Assembly: GCA_964436975.1 (NCBI GenBank)
Contig: CAYTET010000004.1
Coordinates: 1 to 45,917, forward strand
Reading direction: 5' to 3'
Length of the DNA stretch: 45,917 bases
From: an uncultured Erysipelotrichaceae bacterium
Lineage (GTDB): Bacteria > Bacillota_I > Bacilli_A > Erysipelotrichales > Erysipelotrichaceae
Under the pieces are notes generated by a model that saw only the letters and a program-made list of their open reading frames with translations, ran no database searches and was not told the origin of the DNA. Positions 45,914 through 45,917 of this stretch are shown piece by piece (the first letter of the stretch is position 1; the number at the start of each line of letters is the position of its first letter). The translations under genes and the position numbers were made by a program.

Positions 45914-45917
45914 CTTC

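Noticed and set aside
1-45917. CRISPR arrays, rRNA genes, insertion sequences with transposase
   Set aside because: No short direct repeats with unique spacers, no rRNA-like conserved blocks and no transposase or integrase ORFs were found anywhere in the window.

Overview
This 45.9-kb window looks like a Firmicutes (Clostridia- or Erysipelotrichia-like) chromosome segment of moderate-to-high GC, mixing housekeeping and accessory genes on both strands. In order it contains: (1) a partial ABC ATPase and a TetR regulator; (2) a 7.5-kb gene for a 2510-aa signal-peptide and vWA-domain surface protein with about 12 tandem ~106-aa repeats, a pilin-like C-terminal domain and a PPYTG-type sortase signal; (3) two overlapping genes for WYL-like regulators, then a terminator, a ~480-nt structured non-coding region holding a perfect tRNA T-arm inside a pseudo-cloverleaf, and an SPFH / RtcB RNA ligase / PF10127-type nucleotidyltransferase operon, which reads as an RNA-repair module; (4) a drug-resistance-flavoured stretch with a pRiA4b-ORF3-like protein, an ANT(3'')/ANT(9)-like aminoglycoside nucleotidyltransferase, a GGDEF membrane protein, glycerate kinase, flavodoxin with MerR, a MATE pump, and a MarR gene with a tandem palindromic operator ahead of a heterodimeric ABC exporter; (5) a solitary 826-aa protein with an intact adenosine-deaminase catalytic core between unknown N- and C-terminal domains; (6) a second GGDEF protein, a second MATE pump, and an LctBCD-type lactate dehydrogenase / EtfAB electron-bifurcation cluster; (7) small membrane proteins, a second TetR, a cluster of five paralogous double-zinc-ribbon proteins with lipoproteins, a membrane-anchored LuxR-type regulator, and at the right edge a small Cys-rich TIGR04076-like gene bracketed by ~19-bp inverted repeats, followed by structured non-coding DNA that may be a mobile-element junction. 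No CRISPR array, rRNA or canonical tRNA gene was seen. All functional calls come from motif recognition by eye; no database search was run.
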